Shown piece by piece: positions 17,508 to 26,501 of a stretch of 64,000 nt of DNA. Every line of letters starts with the position of its first letter. Within the stretch, counting starts at the first letter, position 1. Origin of the DNA: Candidatus Latescibacterota bacterium (lineage in GTDB: Bacteria > Latescibacterota > UBA2968); assembly GCA_965207885.1 (NCBI GenBank), contig OZ242311.1:1664001-1728000 (forward strand), in the 5' to 3' direction. The translations under genes and the position numbers were made by a program. Below the pieces are notes generated by a model. The model did not search any database and had not been told where the DNA came from. It worked only from the letters and a program-made list of their open reading frames with translations.

Positions 17508-18524
17508 TTACGCCTGACAATCTAAAAGCACCTTCATCACTTCGCCACCCGCCACCATCTGTTCAAACCCTTTTGCCGCATCATCCAGTGGCAGCGTATC
17601 CGTAATCAGTGCTTTTACATCAACCGCGCCAGATGCCGCCAATCGAATTGCCCGCTCAAAATCTATGGGTTCGTACACGCGACACCCCACCAGATGCAAT
17701 TCCCGCCAAAAAAACCGCTGCAAATCCACAGGCGGCGGTTCAGCGTGTACTCCAACCAGCACAATGGTTCCGCGAACCCGGGCCAACTCGGTCATAATCT
17801 TTGCGCCGGGCGCACTGCCGCTAACTTCAAACACGAGATCTGCCCCCGCGCCCCCGGTCCAATCTTCTGTATATGCGAGAAGATCTGTTTCCAATGGATT
17901 CACAACCTCAAAGCCCAATGCCCTCGCCTTTGCCAAACGAAAGGGATTCACTTCGGAAATCACCACCTCGGCCCCATCCAATCGCGCCGCCATTGCAATT
18001 AGTATCCCAATCGGACCGCCGCCAATCACAACCGCGCGATCGCCCAATTCCACTTTTGCACGCCGAACATCGTGGACAGCGACCGCAAGCGGTTCAATAA
18101 GTGCGCCAGCATCGTCATCCAGTGCATCGGGTACGCGGTGCAGGCGGTCGAGAGGTGCATTCCAAAAAGCCTGAAATGCCCCCGCAGAGTCAATACCCAA
18201 AAAATCCAGATTCTGACAAATATGTCGATGACCCCGTCGGCAAGCCGCACACGCGCCACATGCCACTGTGGGTTCAACCACCACGCGATCCCCCACTTTG
18301 AACTCGGCATCTTTCGGAACACCTACAATTTCGCCGCACATCTCGTGTCCCATCACCAGAGGAATTTGCACCCGCTGATCCATGTGCCCCTGATAAACAT
18401 GCAAATCCGTACCGCACAAACCCGCCCGTGCCACCTTGATGAGCACCTCATCATCACCCGGTTTGGGTTCCGCAATATCGCGCAATTCAACCCGCTCGGG
18501 TCCCAGATAAACAGACGCCTTCAT
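17508..18524 (-). CDS. Zn-dependent medium-chain alcohol dehydrogenase (sugar/sugar-acid type)
   Basis: GLCGTD, GHE, CxxCxxC..C, GGGPIG. Confidence 0.9.
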   Translation of the reverse strand: MKASVYLGPERVELRDIAEPKPGDDEVLIKVARAGLCGTDLHVYQGHMDQRVQIPLVMGHEMCGEIVGVPKDAEFKVGDRVVVEPTVACGACAACRRGHRHICQNLDFLGIDSAGAFQAFWNAPLDRLHRVPDALDDDAGALIEPLAVAVHDVRRAKVELGDRAVVIGGGPIGILIAMAARLDGAEVVISEVNPFRLAKARALGFEVVNPLETDLLAYTEDWTGGAGADLVFEVSGSAPGAKIMTELARVRGTIVLVGVHAEPPPVDLQRFFWRELHLVGCRVYEPIDFERAIRLAASGAVDVKALITDTLPLDDAAKGFEQMVAGGEVMKVLLDCQA

Positions 18525-18543
18525 CTCACCTCCGCAATAACCC

Positions 18544-18572
18544 TTGAAATTCAGGGCTTTGTAATGTATGTT
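18544..18572 (+). promoter_or_regulatory. Putative promoter of the dinG operon
   Basis: TTGAAA-N17-TATGTT. Confidence 0.4.
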
Positions 18573-18687
18573 ATCTCAAGTCAAAACGCTATCAAAAGCC
18601 GATCGGAAAATCAAACTGGTCGGCATTTATGATACCGCACAGAAATCAAAGAGTCAACCCAAAGCATTCAGGATCTTTTCATTCTAC

Positions 18688-21537
18688 ATGTCTATCCTCC
18701 ACACCTACATAACCCTTGACCTCGAAACCACGGGTCTGAACCCGAAAGAAGACGAAATAATCGAAATCGGTGCTGTCAAAGTCAAAGATGGCGAAATAGT
18801 GGATCGCTTTCAAACTTATGTGCGCCCCCAAATGGGTGTACCCGAAGAAACAACGCGCCTGACGGGCATAGCATTCAAAGACGTGAGAAACGCACCCCGC
18901 ATCAACGCGGCAATCGAAAACTTTATGACCTTTGCCGGCGACCAGCCCCTCATCGTACACCAGGGTCGATTTGAAACCCGCTTTTTATCTGACGCCTCTG
19001 GCCTGCCCTTTGGCAACAACATACACAGCGTGCGCGACCTCGCGCGGATTGCCCTGCCCAATTTATCCGACCATCGGGCGAATACGCTCGCGGACTATTT
19101 TGAAGTCAAATCCCGCTCAACACACAAAGCTCTTTGCGACGCCGAGCAACTCGCAGGCATATACCCGGGTGTCGTCGGGGTCTTGCGCGAAACCTCATTG
19201 CAAAACAAACAAAACATCCTGCGGCTTTTGCAAGGCACAAATAGCCCCTTGCTCAACATCTTTGTCGATCTGGGCAACGAAGCGGTCAAAAGCGAATTTA
19301 TGAACCGCATTCGCGGTGGCGGGGCAGATGGCCTTCCACTATCCAACGTGGGCGGCGAAGAACCCCGAACTGAAACAGAGGACCACGCGCCTCTCGACAC
19401 CGACATGCTCTGCACCCTGTTTGAATCCGGCGGCACATTTGACCAACAAACCGAAGGATATGAAGTTCGCACCGAACAAATTGAGATGGTACGCGCCATT
19501 GCCGATGCCTTCAACAACAACCATCTCCTCGTCGCCGAAGCGGGCACAGGCGTGGGCAAATCCATGGCCTATCTCACCCCGGCCATTCACCACGCCGCAC
19601 AAAATGACCGCCGCGTCATTGTTTCCACCAATACCAAAAATCTTCAGGAACAATTATTCTTCAAAGACCTGCCCCACCTCGAACGCACCCTGAATGTACC
19701 CTTCAGCTATGTCCTGCTCAAAGGTCGCAACAACTATATATGCCGCAATCGGTGGCATGCCGCACTCGCCAATATCGAAACCTTTTTTAACGAAGACGAG
19801 CGCGAAGGCGCTTTATCCCTCGTAATATGGGCAGAACAAACGCAAACCGGCGACATTTCGGAAAACAACGGCTTTGATATGCGTCGCTATGCCGGTCTGT
19901 GGTCAAAAGTGTGTTCCGACTCGGGGTATTGCCGCTCGCAAAAGTGCCGCACCAACGGGCAGTGTTTTGCCAACATCGTGCGCCGTTCTGCCCAAAAAGC
20001 ACATATCGTGGTCGTCAATCACTCCCTGCTCTTTTCCGACATCGTCTCGGAAAATGCCGTGCTGGGCGAATACGAAGACCTCATCCTGGACGAAGCCCAC
20101 AACATCGAAAAAATTGCCGCACAATATTTGGGGTGCGAACTCAATATATGGCAAATCAAAAATTTTTCCGATCAACTGCGCAGTCCGGGTTTTCAGAGCA
20201 CCGGCACCCTGCCCGCATTGCGTCACTGGATCGGTGTAGCCGATCTCAAAGACAATATCTTCGCCACCTTTGACAAAGGCATTGGGCGGGCCGTAAACGC
20301 CGCCGAAGACATCTATCTCAAAGCGCAGACCTTTTTTCAAGACCTCACGGAATTTTTGTACGGAAAACAGGGCAGCCGCAAATTTTACTACACGCCAAAA
20401 GTGCGCTATCGCCCGGGTGAAAATACATTTGAGGCGGTTGGTGAAAGTCTTGGGGACTTTGCCAAAGCGGGTGCAGAACTCAATAACAGCTTAAAAAATC
20501 TGTGCGATTGGCTCAAAGACTTGCCCGACGACACCTTTCCCAACCAGGACGAACTCGTCAACGAACTCGACGGACGCGCACAGGAATGCAGCGACCTCCT
20601 CGCAGCCCTCAACCACTTGACCCATCCCGAAGACGAACAATGCGTTTACTGGGTTGAATTGCCAACCCGAGAAAACAGCAGTGATACGCGCCTGTTCTCC
20701 GCGCCCCTGCATGTCGCCGAAGTATTGCGCGACGCGCTCTACGACAAAATGCGCACCATCGTCTTCACATCGGCCACTCTGGGCATTCGCGGCAAACTCA
20801 TCTACTTTCTTCAACGCATGGGGCTCGACACCATGCCCGATGAGCGCGTACAAACGCGTTGTCTGGGGTCGCCCTTTGACTACAATTTACAAGCCCTCGT
20901 CTGCGTACCGCAATTTATGCCATCACCCAAATCCCCTCATTTTCAACAGGCTGTTGACGATTTGCTGCGCCATCTGGCACGCAAAATCGGACGGGGCACG
21001 CTGGCATTATTTACGTCCTACAGCATGCTCAACCAGTCTTATGATGCACTCAAAAACGATCTATCGTCCGATGGTATCTTACTCCTGGGACAGGGAATAG
21101 ACGGTGCGCGCGGCAGCATTACCGACCGCTTTAAGACCCACCGCCGCGCAATGCTGCTTGGAACCGACAGTTTCTGGGAAGGGGTAGATATCCCCGGCGA
21201 AGCCCTCGAAATCCTGGGTATTATTCGCCTGCCTTTTGCCGTTCCATCTGAACCCCTCGTTGCGGCGCACATGGAAGAACTCGAAAAACAGGGCAAAAAT
21301 CCATTTTTACACTATTCGGTCCCCGAAGCCATTCTCAAATTTCGCCAGGGTTTTGGCCGCCTGATACGCAACAAATCCGACAAAGGTATTGTCATCGTCT
21401 TTGACAGTCGGGTTTTATCCACCTTTTATGGGCGGGCTTTTCTCGAAGCATTGCCAGTTCAACATCGGGCGTTTCGAGCACCAGACCATTTGTTACAAGC
21501 CATCAAAAGCTGGTTCGACAAAGCGAGCGCGTCGTGA
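18688..21537 (+). CDS. dinG: DnaQ-like exonuclease fused to a DinG family helicase
   Basis: DLETTG..EIIEIGAV..HKALCDA exonuclease; EAGTGVGKS, DEAH, TSATL, LFTSY, FWEGVD, QGFGRLIR; Fe-S-type Cys cluster; start trimmed to ATG 18688. Confidence 0.9.
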   Translation: MSILHTYITLDLETTGLNPKEDEIIEIGAVKVKDGEIVDRFQTYVRPQMGVPEETTRLTGIAFKDVRNAPRINAAIENFMTFAGDQPLIVHQGRFETRFLSDASGLPFGNNIHSVRDLARIALPNLSDHRANTLADYFEVKSRSTHKALCDAEQLAGIYPGVVGVLRETSLQNKQNILRLLQGTNSPLLNIFVDLGNEAVKSEFMNRIRGGGADGLPLSNVGGEEPRTETEDHAPLDTDMLCTLFESGGTFDQQTEGYEVRTEQIEMVRAIADAFNNNHLLVAEAGTGVGKSMAYLTPAIHHAAQNDRRVIVSTNTKNLQEQLFFKDLPHLERTLNVPFSYVLLKGRNNYICRNRWHAALANIETFFNEDEREGALSLVIWAEQTQTGDISENNGFDMRRYAGLWSKVCSDSGYCRSQKCRTNGQCFANIVRRSAQKAHIVVVNHSLLFSDIVSENAVLGEYEDLILDEAHNIEKIAAQYLGCELNIWQIKNFSDQLRSPGFQSTGTLPALRHWIGVADLKDNIFATFDKGIGRAVNAAEDIYLKAQTFFQDLTEFLYGKQGSRKFYYTPKVRYRPGENTFEAVGESLGDFAKAGAELNNSLKNLCDWLKDLPDDTFPNQDELVNELDGRAQECSDLLAALNHLTHPEDEQCVYWVELPTRENSSDTRLFSAPLHVAEVLRDALYDKMRTIVFTSATLGIRGKLIYFLQRMGLDTMPDERVQTRCLGSPFDYNLQALVCVPQFMPSPKSPHFQQAVDDLLRHLARKIGRGTLALFTSYSMLNQSYDALKNDLSSDGILLLGQGIDGARGSITDRFKTHRRAMLLGTDSFWEGVDIPGEALEILGIIRLPFAVPSEPLVAAHMEELEKQGKNPFLHYSVPEAILKFRQGFGRLIRNKSDKGIVIVFDSRVLSTFYGRAFLEALPVQHRAFRAPDHLLQAIKSWFDKASAS

Positions 21538-22955
21538 ATACCAAACACCTGATTTCCATACGCGAGCCTCTGCGGAAATTGCTGGTACAAATTCCCCAGC
21601 GCAATCATCCGCTCGTCGGGCATGCCTACCACTTTGCCAATGCCAGCCACGAAGGCCAGGACCGCGATGCCGGGCAACCGTATATCACCCATCCCATTGG
21701 CGTGGCACTCATCCTGGCTTCTGAATTGGGCTTTGCGAGCGACGCGGAAATGATGGCAGCGGCACTATTGCACGACGCCGTTGAAGACTCTGCCCTGACC
21801 CTTAACGACATTGAACCCACCTTTGGCAAAAACATTGCCACCCTCGTCAGCGGCGTTACAAAAGTAGAAGGATCAAAAGCCGGTCGCACGGCGCGGCGCA
21901 TTGCCACCTTGCAACATCTGTTCACCCATGCCAGAAGAGACCCGCGCGTACTCATTCTCAAATTAGCTGACCGCATGTACAACATGCGTAGCCTCGACGG
22001 TATTTCAGAAATCGACAGGCGACAACGCATTGCGCGAGAAACCATTGATATATATGCGCCCCTATCGCACCTATTGGGCATGGCCCGCATTCGTCGCGAA
22101 CTCGAAGACCGCAGTCTTTGCTGCCTTGAACCGCGAATCGCGAATCAGATACAGACTACATTTAGAACAGAACAGACCGGGCACCTCGCAAAATTCCAGG
22201 ACATAATTCGCAACTTGCTCAACGCCAACGGCGTGCGGACAAGTGTGCGCGTACAACAGAAAAGTTTGGGTAGCATCTACCGCAAAATGCAACATCGTCC
22301 CCTCAATCAAATTCAGGATCGCTACGCAGTCGAAGTCATTGTCTCGCGTCGTCGTCTGTGTTATTTGGCTTTGGGCATTTTGCACGAGCACTTCCTGCCC
22401 GTTATGGAGCGTTTCAAAGACTTTATAGCCCTGCCCAAACGCAATGGTTATCAAGCCCTGCATACCTGTGTCCACCACAGGGATCAACGCTACGAACTCC
22501 ACATTCAAACCCCTGCAATGCATCGTCTGGGAGAATTTGGAATAGCCGCATTGCGCGGAGACGCGCAGCATGAAGAACGGCGCACGCGCTGGTTGCACGA
22601 TTTTGTCGATTGGTACGACCGCGCCGATGCCTCCCATCACCTGATGACGGAACTCAAACGCATTCTCTTTACCCGAGAAATTGTCGCCCTCACACCCAGA
22701 GGTGATCCCTTTATATTGCCCGAAGATGCAACCGTCGTCGATTTTGCCTTTGCCGTGCATACCGACCTCGGCTTACAATGCAAAGGAGGCCGTATCAACG
22801 GCGCGCGGGCTTATCCGTTCTCCAAACTCACCTGGGGCGACACCGTTGAAATTGACACCGATCCAAACCAACATCCCAAAAAGAGCTGGATTAGCCGCGT
22901 TAAAACCTACCGCGCCCGCCGTCACATCCAGCACCATCTCAATAGTCAAAAATAA
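21534..22955 (+). CDS. Short RelA/SpoT homolog (HD hydrolase + degenerate synthetase + TGS; no ACT)
   Basis: HEGQ.R..G.PY..HP, LLHDAVED, KLADR.YNMR, RFKDFIALPKRNGYQALHT, TP.GD...LP..AT.VDFAFAVHT. Confidence 0.88.
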   Translation: MNTKHLISIREPLRKLLVQIPQRNHPLVGHAYHFANASHEGQDRDAGQPYITHPIGVALILASELGFASDAEMMAAALLHDAVEDSALTLNDIEPTFGKNIATLVSGVTKVEGSKAGRTARRIATLQHLFTHARRDPRVLILKLADRMYNMRSLDGISEIDRRQRIARETIDIYAPLSHLLGMARIRRELEDRSLCCLEPRIANQIQTTFRTEQTGHLAKFQDIIRNLLNANGVRTSVRVQQKSLGSIYRKMQHRPLNQIQDRYAVEVIVSRRRLCYLALGILHEHFLPVMERFKDFIALPKRNGYQALHTCVHHRDQRYELHIQTPAMHRLGEFGIAALRGDAQHEERRTRWLHDFVDWYDRADASHHLMTELKRILFTREIVALTPRGDPFILPEDATVVDFAFAVHTDLGLQCKGGRINGARAYPFSKLTWGDTVEIDTDPNQHPKKSWISRVKTYRARRHIQHHLNSQK

Positions 22956-22956
22956 T

Positions 22957-23274
22957 ATGCCTCGCTTTCTCTTATTTTTTGCCATTATCCTGATTTTTGC
23001 GTGTTCGGGAACCAATCCCGTTCTCGAAAGTCAAAAGACAAAAGTCTCACAAGCCCAAAAGACGCTGCGCGAAGAACGCATCCGCCTGCAAACCCTGCGC
23101 GACAGCCTGCAAAGCGAAATTCGCCGCAATATCGCCCTGGGCATTCCAGAAGAACAGGCAGAAAAAATAGAACACGCCCGTATCAAAATTCAGGAAACCA
23201 TTGTCGTGGTATCGGAAAAAAATCTGGCGGCGCAACGCGCATTGCTCGATTCCCTCACAAAATATTCTCCCTGA
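22957..23274 (+). CDS. Small coiled-coil lipoprotein
   Basis: MPRFLLFFAIILIFA-C lipobox; ATG 1 bp after the upstream stop. Confidence 0.7.
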   Translation: MPRFLLFFAIILIFACSGTNPVLESQKTKVSQAQKTLREERIRLQTLRDSLQSEIRRNIALGIPEEQAEKIEHARIKIQETIVVVSEKNLAAQRALLDSLTKYSP

Positions 23275-23298
23275 GGCTTTGTATTTACAAATATTTAC

Positions 23299-23420
23299 AA
23301 ATATTAACTTGCTCTAATAGCACAAATTTATCATCATAACTTATACCTGTATTTAATATCCAATAGCAAATATTTGTATGTCCAAAATATTAACTTGCAC
23401 TAATAGCGCAAATTTATCAT
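23299..23420 (+). repeat. Two 36-bp direct repeats (23299-23334, 23385-23420) in an AT-rich intergenic region
   Basis: AAATATTAACTTGC(T/A)CTAATAGC(A/G)CAAATTTATCAT, 34/36 identical. Confidence 0.85.
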
Positions 23421-23482
23421 ATTCACCACATATCTGCGCTTAATCAGCATCCCGAAAATTTCCATCAAGAGGAGGAGCATCC

Positions 23483-24955
23483 GTGTCCAATCGCGAACAT
23501 TTTCCTGTTGCGCCCAAACTTGCGTATGCATCCACGGGACTCGAACCGTATATCCCCTCGGCAGAACAGCCCTGGGATGAGCACCGGGCGGCACACCTCT
23601 TGCGGCGCACCCTCATTGGCCCAACGCCAAAAGAAATTGCAGAAGCCGTGCAAAGCACGCCAGAAGCCGTTGTAGATCGTCTTCTGGAAATGCCTTTTTT
23701 GCCTCCCAATCCACCCGCTCAGTGGGTTTATCAGGATCCATTTCAAAAACCCAATGCAGACCAGCGCAAAATCGAGCGAGCGCGCGTTGACGAGACCCGC
23801 GTCTGGTGGATGGAACTCATCGTCAACCAGGAGTTCTCAATTCAAGAGCGCATGGTGCTCTTCTGGCACGATCACTTTGCCACTCAGGCCAAAGATGTCA
23901 GACGTCCACAGTGGATGTATCTTCAGAATTTCCTGTTTCGCAAGCGTGCTGTCGGCAATTTCAAAACACTTGTCAATGAAGTCACAATAGATCCGGCCAT
24001 GATCTACTACCTCGACAGCAACTCCAACAGAGTGGGAAGACCCAATGAGAACTACGCTCGAGAACTCATGGAATTGTTCACCATGGGCGAAGGTGGCGGC
24101 TACACAGAACAAGACATCGGAGAAGCGTCACGCGCACTCACTGGTTGGATTGTCGTAGGCAGGCAACCCACTTTTAGAGCGGGTCGGTTCGACAAAGGCC
24201 AGAAGACCTTCCTGGGACAAACTGGCAACTTTGATTATCGGGACATTATCGACATCATCTTCCAGCAAGAAATCACAGCTGAATTTATATGCGGCAAACT
24301 CTATCGCGAGTTTGTCTATGAGCATCCAGACAAAAACGTCGTGTCGGAACTCGCGCAAATCATGCGCGACAACAACTACGAAATCAAACCGGTTTTGAAG
24401 ACATTGCTCTTAAGCCAGCACTTCTTCGATCCAGCCATCATCGGCTCCAAAATCAAAAGCCCCGTCGAACTCGTCGCTGGCACAGCGCGCAGTCTCGGTT
24501 TCAAAGCTGGCAAAGGCAGGAGCATCAGTTCCGAGTACCTCGTTTACCTCGCTCAGGTACTCGGTCAAAAACTGCTCGATCCCCCCAATGTGGCCGGATG
24601 GCCGGGATATCGGTTATGGATCAGCACGTCAACACTGCCCGAACGCCACAAAATGACCGACGAAATGGTCGATGCCAAACCGCGCAATCCCAACCGTTAC
24701 ACCATCATCAACCCGGATACTGTGGGATTCGTCAAGGCATTTCCCGAACCCTACGACGCGGAAAAACTCGTTCGCGACATGGGAGAATGTCTGACTGCCT
24801 TTCCAGTTGACGAATATCGCCACGGAATGTTTTTGGAAGCGCTGCTCGAAGGCGCCGATGTCTATGACTGGAATCCCGACGCGATTGCAGCCCCCCGACG
24901 CATCAAGAATATTCTCAAACTCATCTTTGAATTGCCCGACTATCAACTGAATTAG
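23483..24955 (+). CDS. DUF1800 family protein
   Basis: AAHLLRR, ERMVLFWHDHFAT, DPAMIYYLD, PNENYARELMELFTMG, KIKSPVE, PPNVAGW; GGAGGAG RBS. Confidence 0.92.
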   Translation: MSNREHFPVAPKLAYASTGLEPYIPSAEQPWDEHRAAHLLRRTLIGPTPKEIAEAVQSTPEAVVDRLLEMPFLPPNPPAQWVYQDPFQKPNADQRKIERARVDETRVWWMELIVNQEFSIQERMVLFWHDHFATQAKDVRRPQWMYLQNFLFRKRAVGNFKTLVNEVTIDPAMIYYLDSNSNRVGRPNENYARELMELFTMGEGGGYTEQDIGEASRALTGWIVVGRQPTFRAGRFDKGQKTFLGQTGNFDYRDIIDIIFQQEITAEFICGKLYREFVYEHPDKNVVSELAQIMRDNNYEIKPVLKTLLLSQHFFDPAIIGSKIKSPVELVAGTARSLGFKAGKGRSISSEYLVYLAQVLGQKLLDPPNVAGWPGYRLWISTSTLPERHKMTDEMVDAKPRNPNRYTIINPDTVGFVKAFPEPYDAEKLVRDMGECLTAFPVDEYRHGMFLEALLEGADVYDWNPDAIAAPRRIKNILKLIFELPDYQLN

Positions 24956-24994
24956 ACTTGAGGCCTGCCTGTTAGCCTCCAGAAGGAGCTCGTT

Positions 24995-26419
24995 ATGAAC
25001 AGACGCGACTTTATGAAAAATGCGACCCGAGGTGGTGCCGGGTTTGCACTCGGCGGTTTTATGACGCGGGCTTATGGGCGCGCCGAAGCTGTTGGTCCCC
25101 TGGCCGCATCAGCTCTCAGCGAGACCGATCGCGTGCTCGTCATCATTCGCCTCAATGGCGGTAACGACGGCCTCAACACCCTGGTCAATTTTGAAAACGA
25201 TGCCTATTATCAGGCGCGTCCCAAAATCCACATCACAAAACAAGAAGCCCTCAGACTCACCCCAACACAGGGTCTGCATCCCCAACTCACCGGATTCAAA
25301 GAACTCTATGACGAAGGTCAGTTGATGGTCATGCAGGGGGTGGGCTATCCCAATCCCAACCGGTCGCACTTCCGCTCAACCGACATCTGGTTGACCGCAT
25401 CGAATTCCAACGAATTTTTGAACAACGGTTGGCTGGGGCGCTATTTTGAATCCCAGACTCCGGGCTTCCCAGACACCCTGCCAGAACATCCTCTTGCCGT
25501 TGACATCGGTCCCGTGCTTTCCCTCGCCTTATTGGGCAAAAACGGTGCCATGGGCATTGCCCTGCGCAACCCCAGGCAATTTGTCAATCTCGTGGAACGG
25601 GGCAACAAAATTATCGAAGACGGTAAAATCCCCACACCGGCAGGATATGAACTCGACTTTATCCGCCGCATCAACTTTGAATCCCTGCAATATTCCTCAC
25701 AAGTCAGAGATGCTGCAGATAAAGGCGCAAACAGGGTTGAATATCCCACCGGGAATTCGCTCGCCACCCAGCTCAGTCTGGTCGCGCGGTTGATCGCAGG
25801 CGGCTTGAAATCCAAAGTGTATCTGGTCTCACAGGGCGGATACGACACACACTCCAATCAGCTCAACCGCCACAACACCCTGATGAGATATCTCAACGAA
25901 GCAGTCACGTCTTTTGTTCAGGACCTGCGGCAACACCAGTTACAAGACCGCGTGCTCGGCATGAGCATTTCGGAATTTGGTCGTCGGACAAAAGAAAACG
26001 GCAGCGCAGGCACCGATCACGGCACATCAGCGCCCATGTTCTTCTTTGGCCCATCGGTTCAAGCGGGCATTGCAGGTCCGCAACCCAACTTTGGGCAGGT
26101 TGACAGGCGCGGTGACTTTTACTACGATCACGATTTCCGACATGTCTATGCCTCGGTGCTCAACCAGTGGTTTGACGTATCACAAGATGTTGTCTCAAGC
26201 ATATTTTCATCCAATACGTCTCACATTCCCATTCTCAGACCGCCACCCCTCGATCTCGCCAAAGTTGACTTTAATGCCGACGGCAAACTCGACTTTAACG
26301 ACTTTCTCGAATTTACCCAGGCTTTCGGCACCAACGAAGCCAAATACGACTTAGATGGCGATGGCAACGTTGGATTTGGCGATTTCCTGAAATTTGTCAA
26401 TGCCTACCGAAACCGTTAA
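24995..26419 (+). CDS. DUF1501 family protein with Tat signal and C-terminal dockerin-like domain
   Basis: MNRRDFMK; GGNDGLNT, RSHFRSTDIW, GGYDTH, SEFGRR..ENGS.GTDHG, DFRHVYA; tail with two DxxxDG..DF repeats. Confidence 0.92.
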   Translation: MNRRDFMKNATRGGAGFALGGFMTRAYGRAEAVGPLAASALSETDRVLVIIRLNGGNDGLNTLVNFENDAYYQARPKIHITKQEALRLTPTQGLHPQLTGFKELYDEGQLMVMQGVGYPNPNRSHFRSTDIWLTASNSNEFLNNGWLGRYFESQTPGFPDTLPEHPLAVDIGPVLSLALLGKNGAMGIALRNPRQFVNLVERGNKIIEDGKIPTPAGYELDFIRRINFESLQYSSQVRDAADKGANRVEYPTGNSLATQLSLVARLIAGGLKSKVYLVSQGGYDTHSNQLNRHNTLMRYLNEAVTSFVQDLRQHQLQDRVLGMSISEFGRRTKENGSAGTDHGTSAPMFFFGPSVQAGIAGPQPNFGQVDRRGDFYYDHDFRHVYASVLNQWFDVSQDVVSSIFSSNTSHIPILRPPPLDLAKVDFNADGKLDFNDFLEFTQAFGTNEAKYDLDGDGNVGFGDFLKFVNAYRNR

Positions 26420-26442
26420 GCACTCAGCATCGTCTGAAACAT

Positions 26443-26471
26443 AAAAAGCCCCGGTCACGCACCGGGGCTTT
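26443..26471 (+). terminator. Terminator after DUF1501
   Basis: AAAGCCCCGGT-cacgc-ACCGGGGCTTT. Confidence 0.75.
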
Positions 26472-26501
26472 ACTCATGGGCAATAGAGACGAGGCAAACC
26501 C

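Noticed and set aside
23299-23420. 36-bp repeats as a possible mini-CRISPR array
   Set aside because: Only two copies, a 50-bp AT-rich spacer, no typical repeat ends and no cas genes in the window
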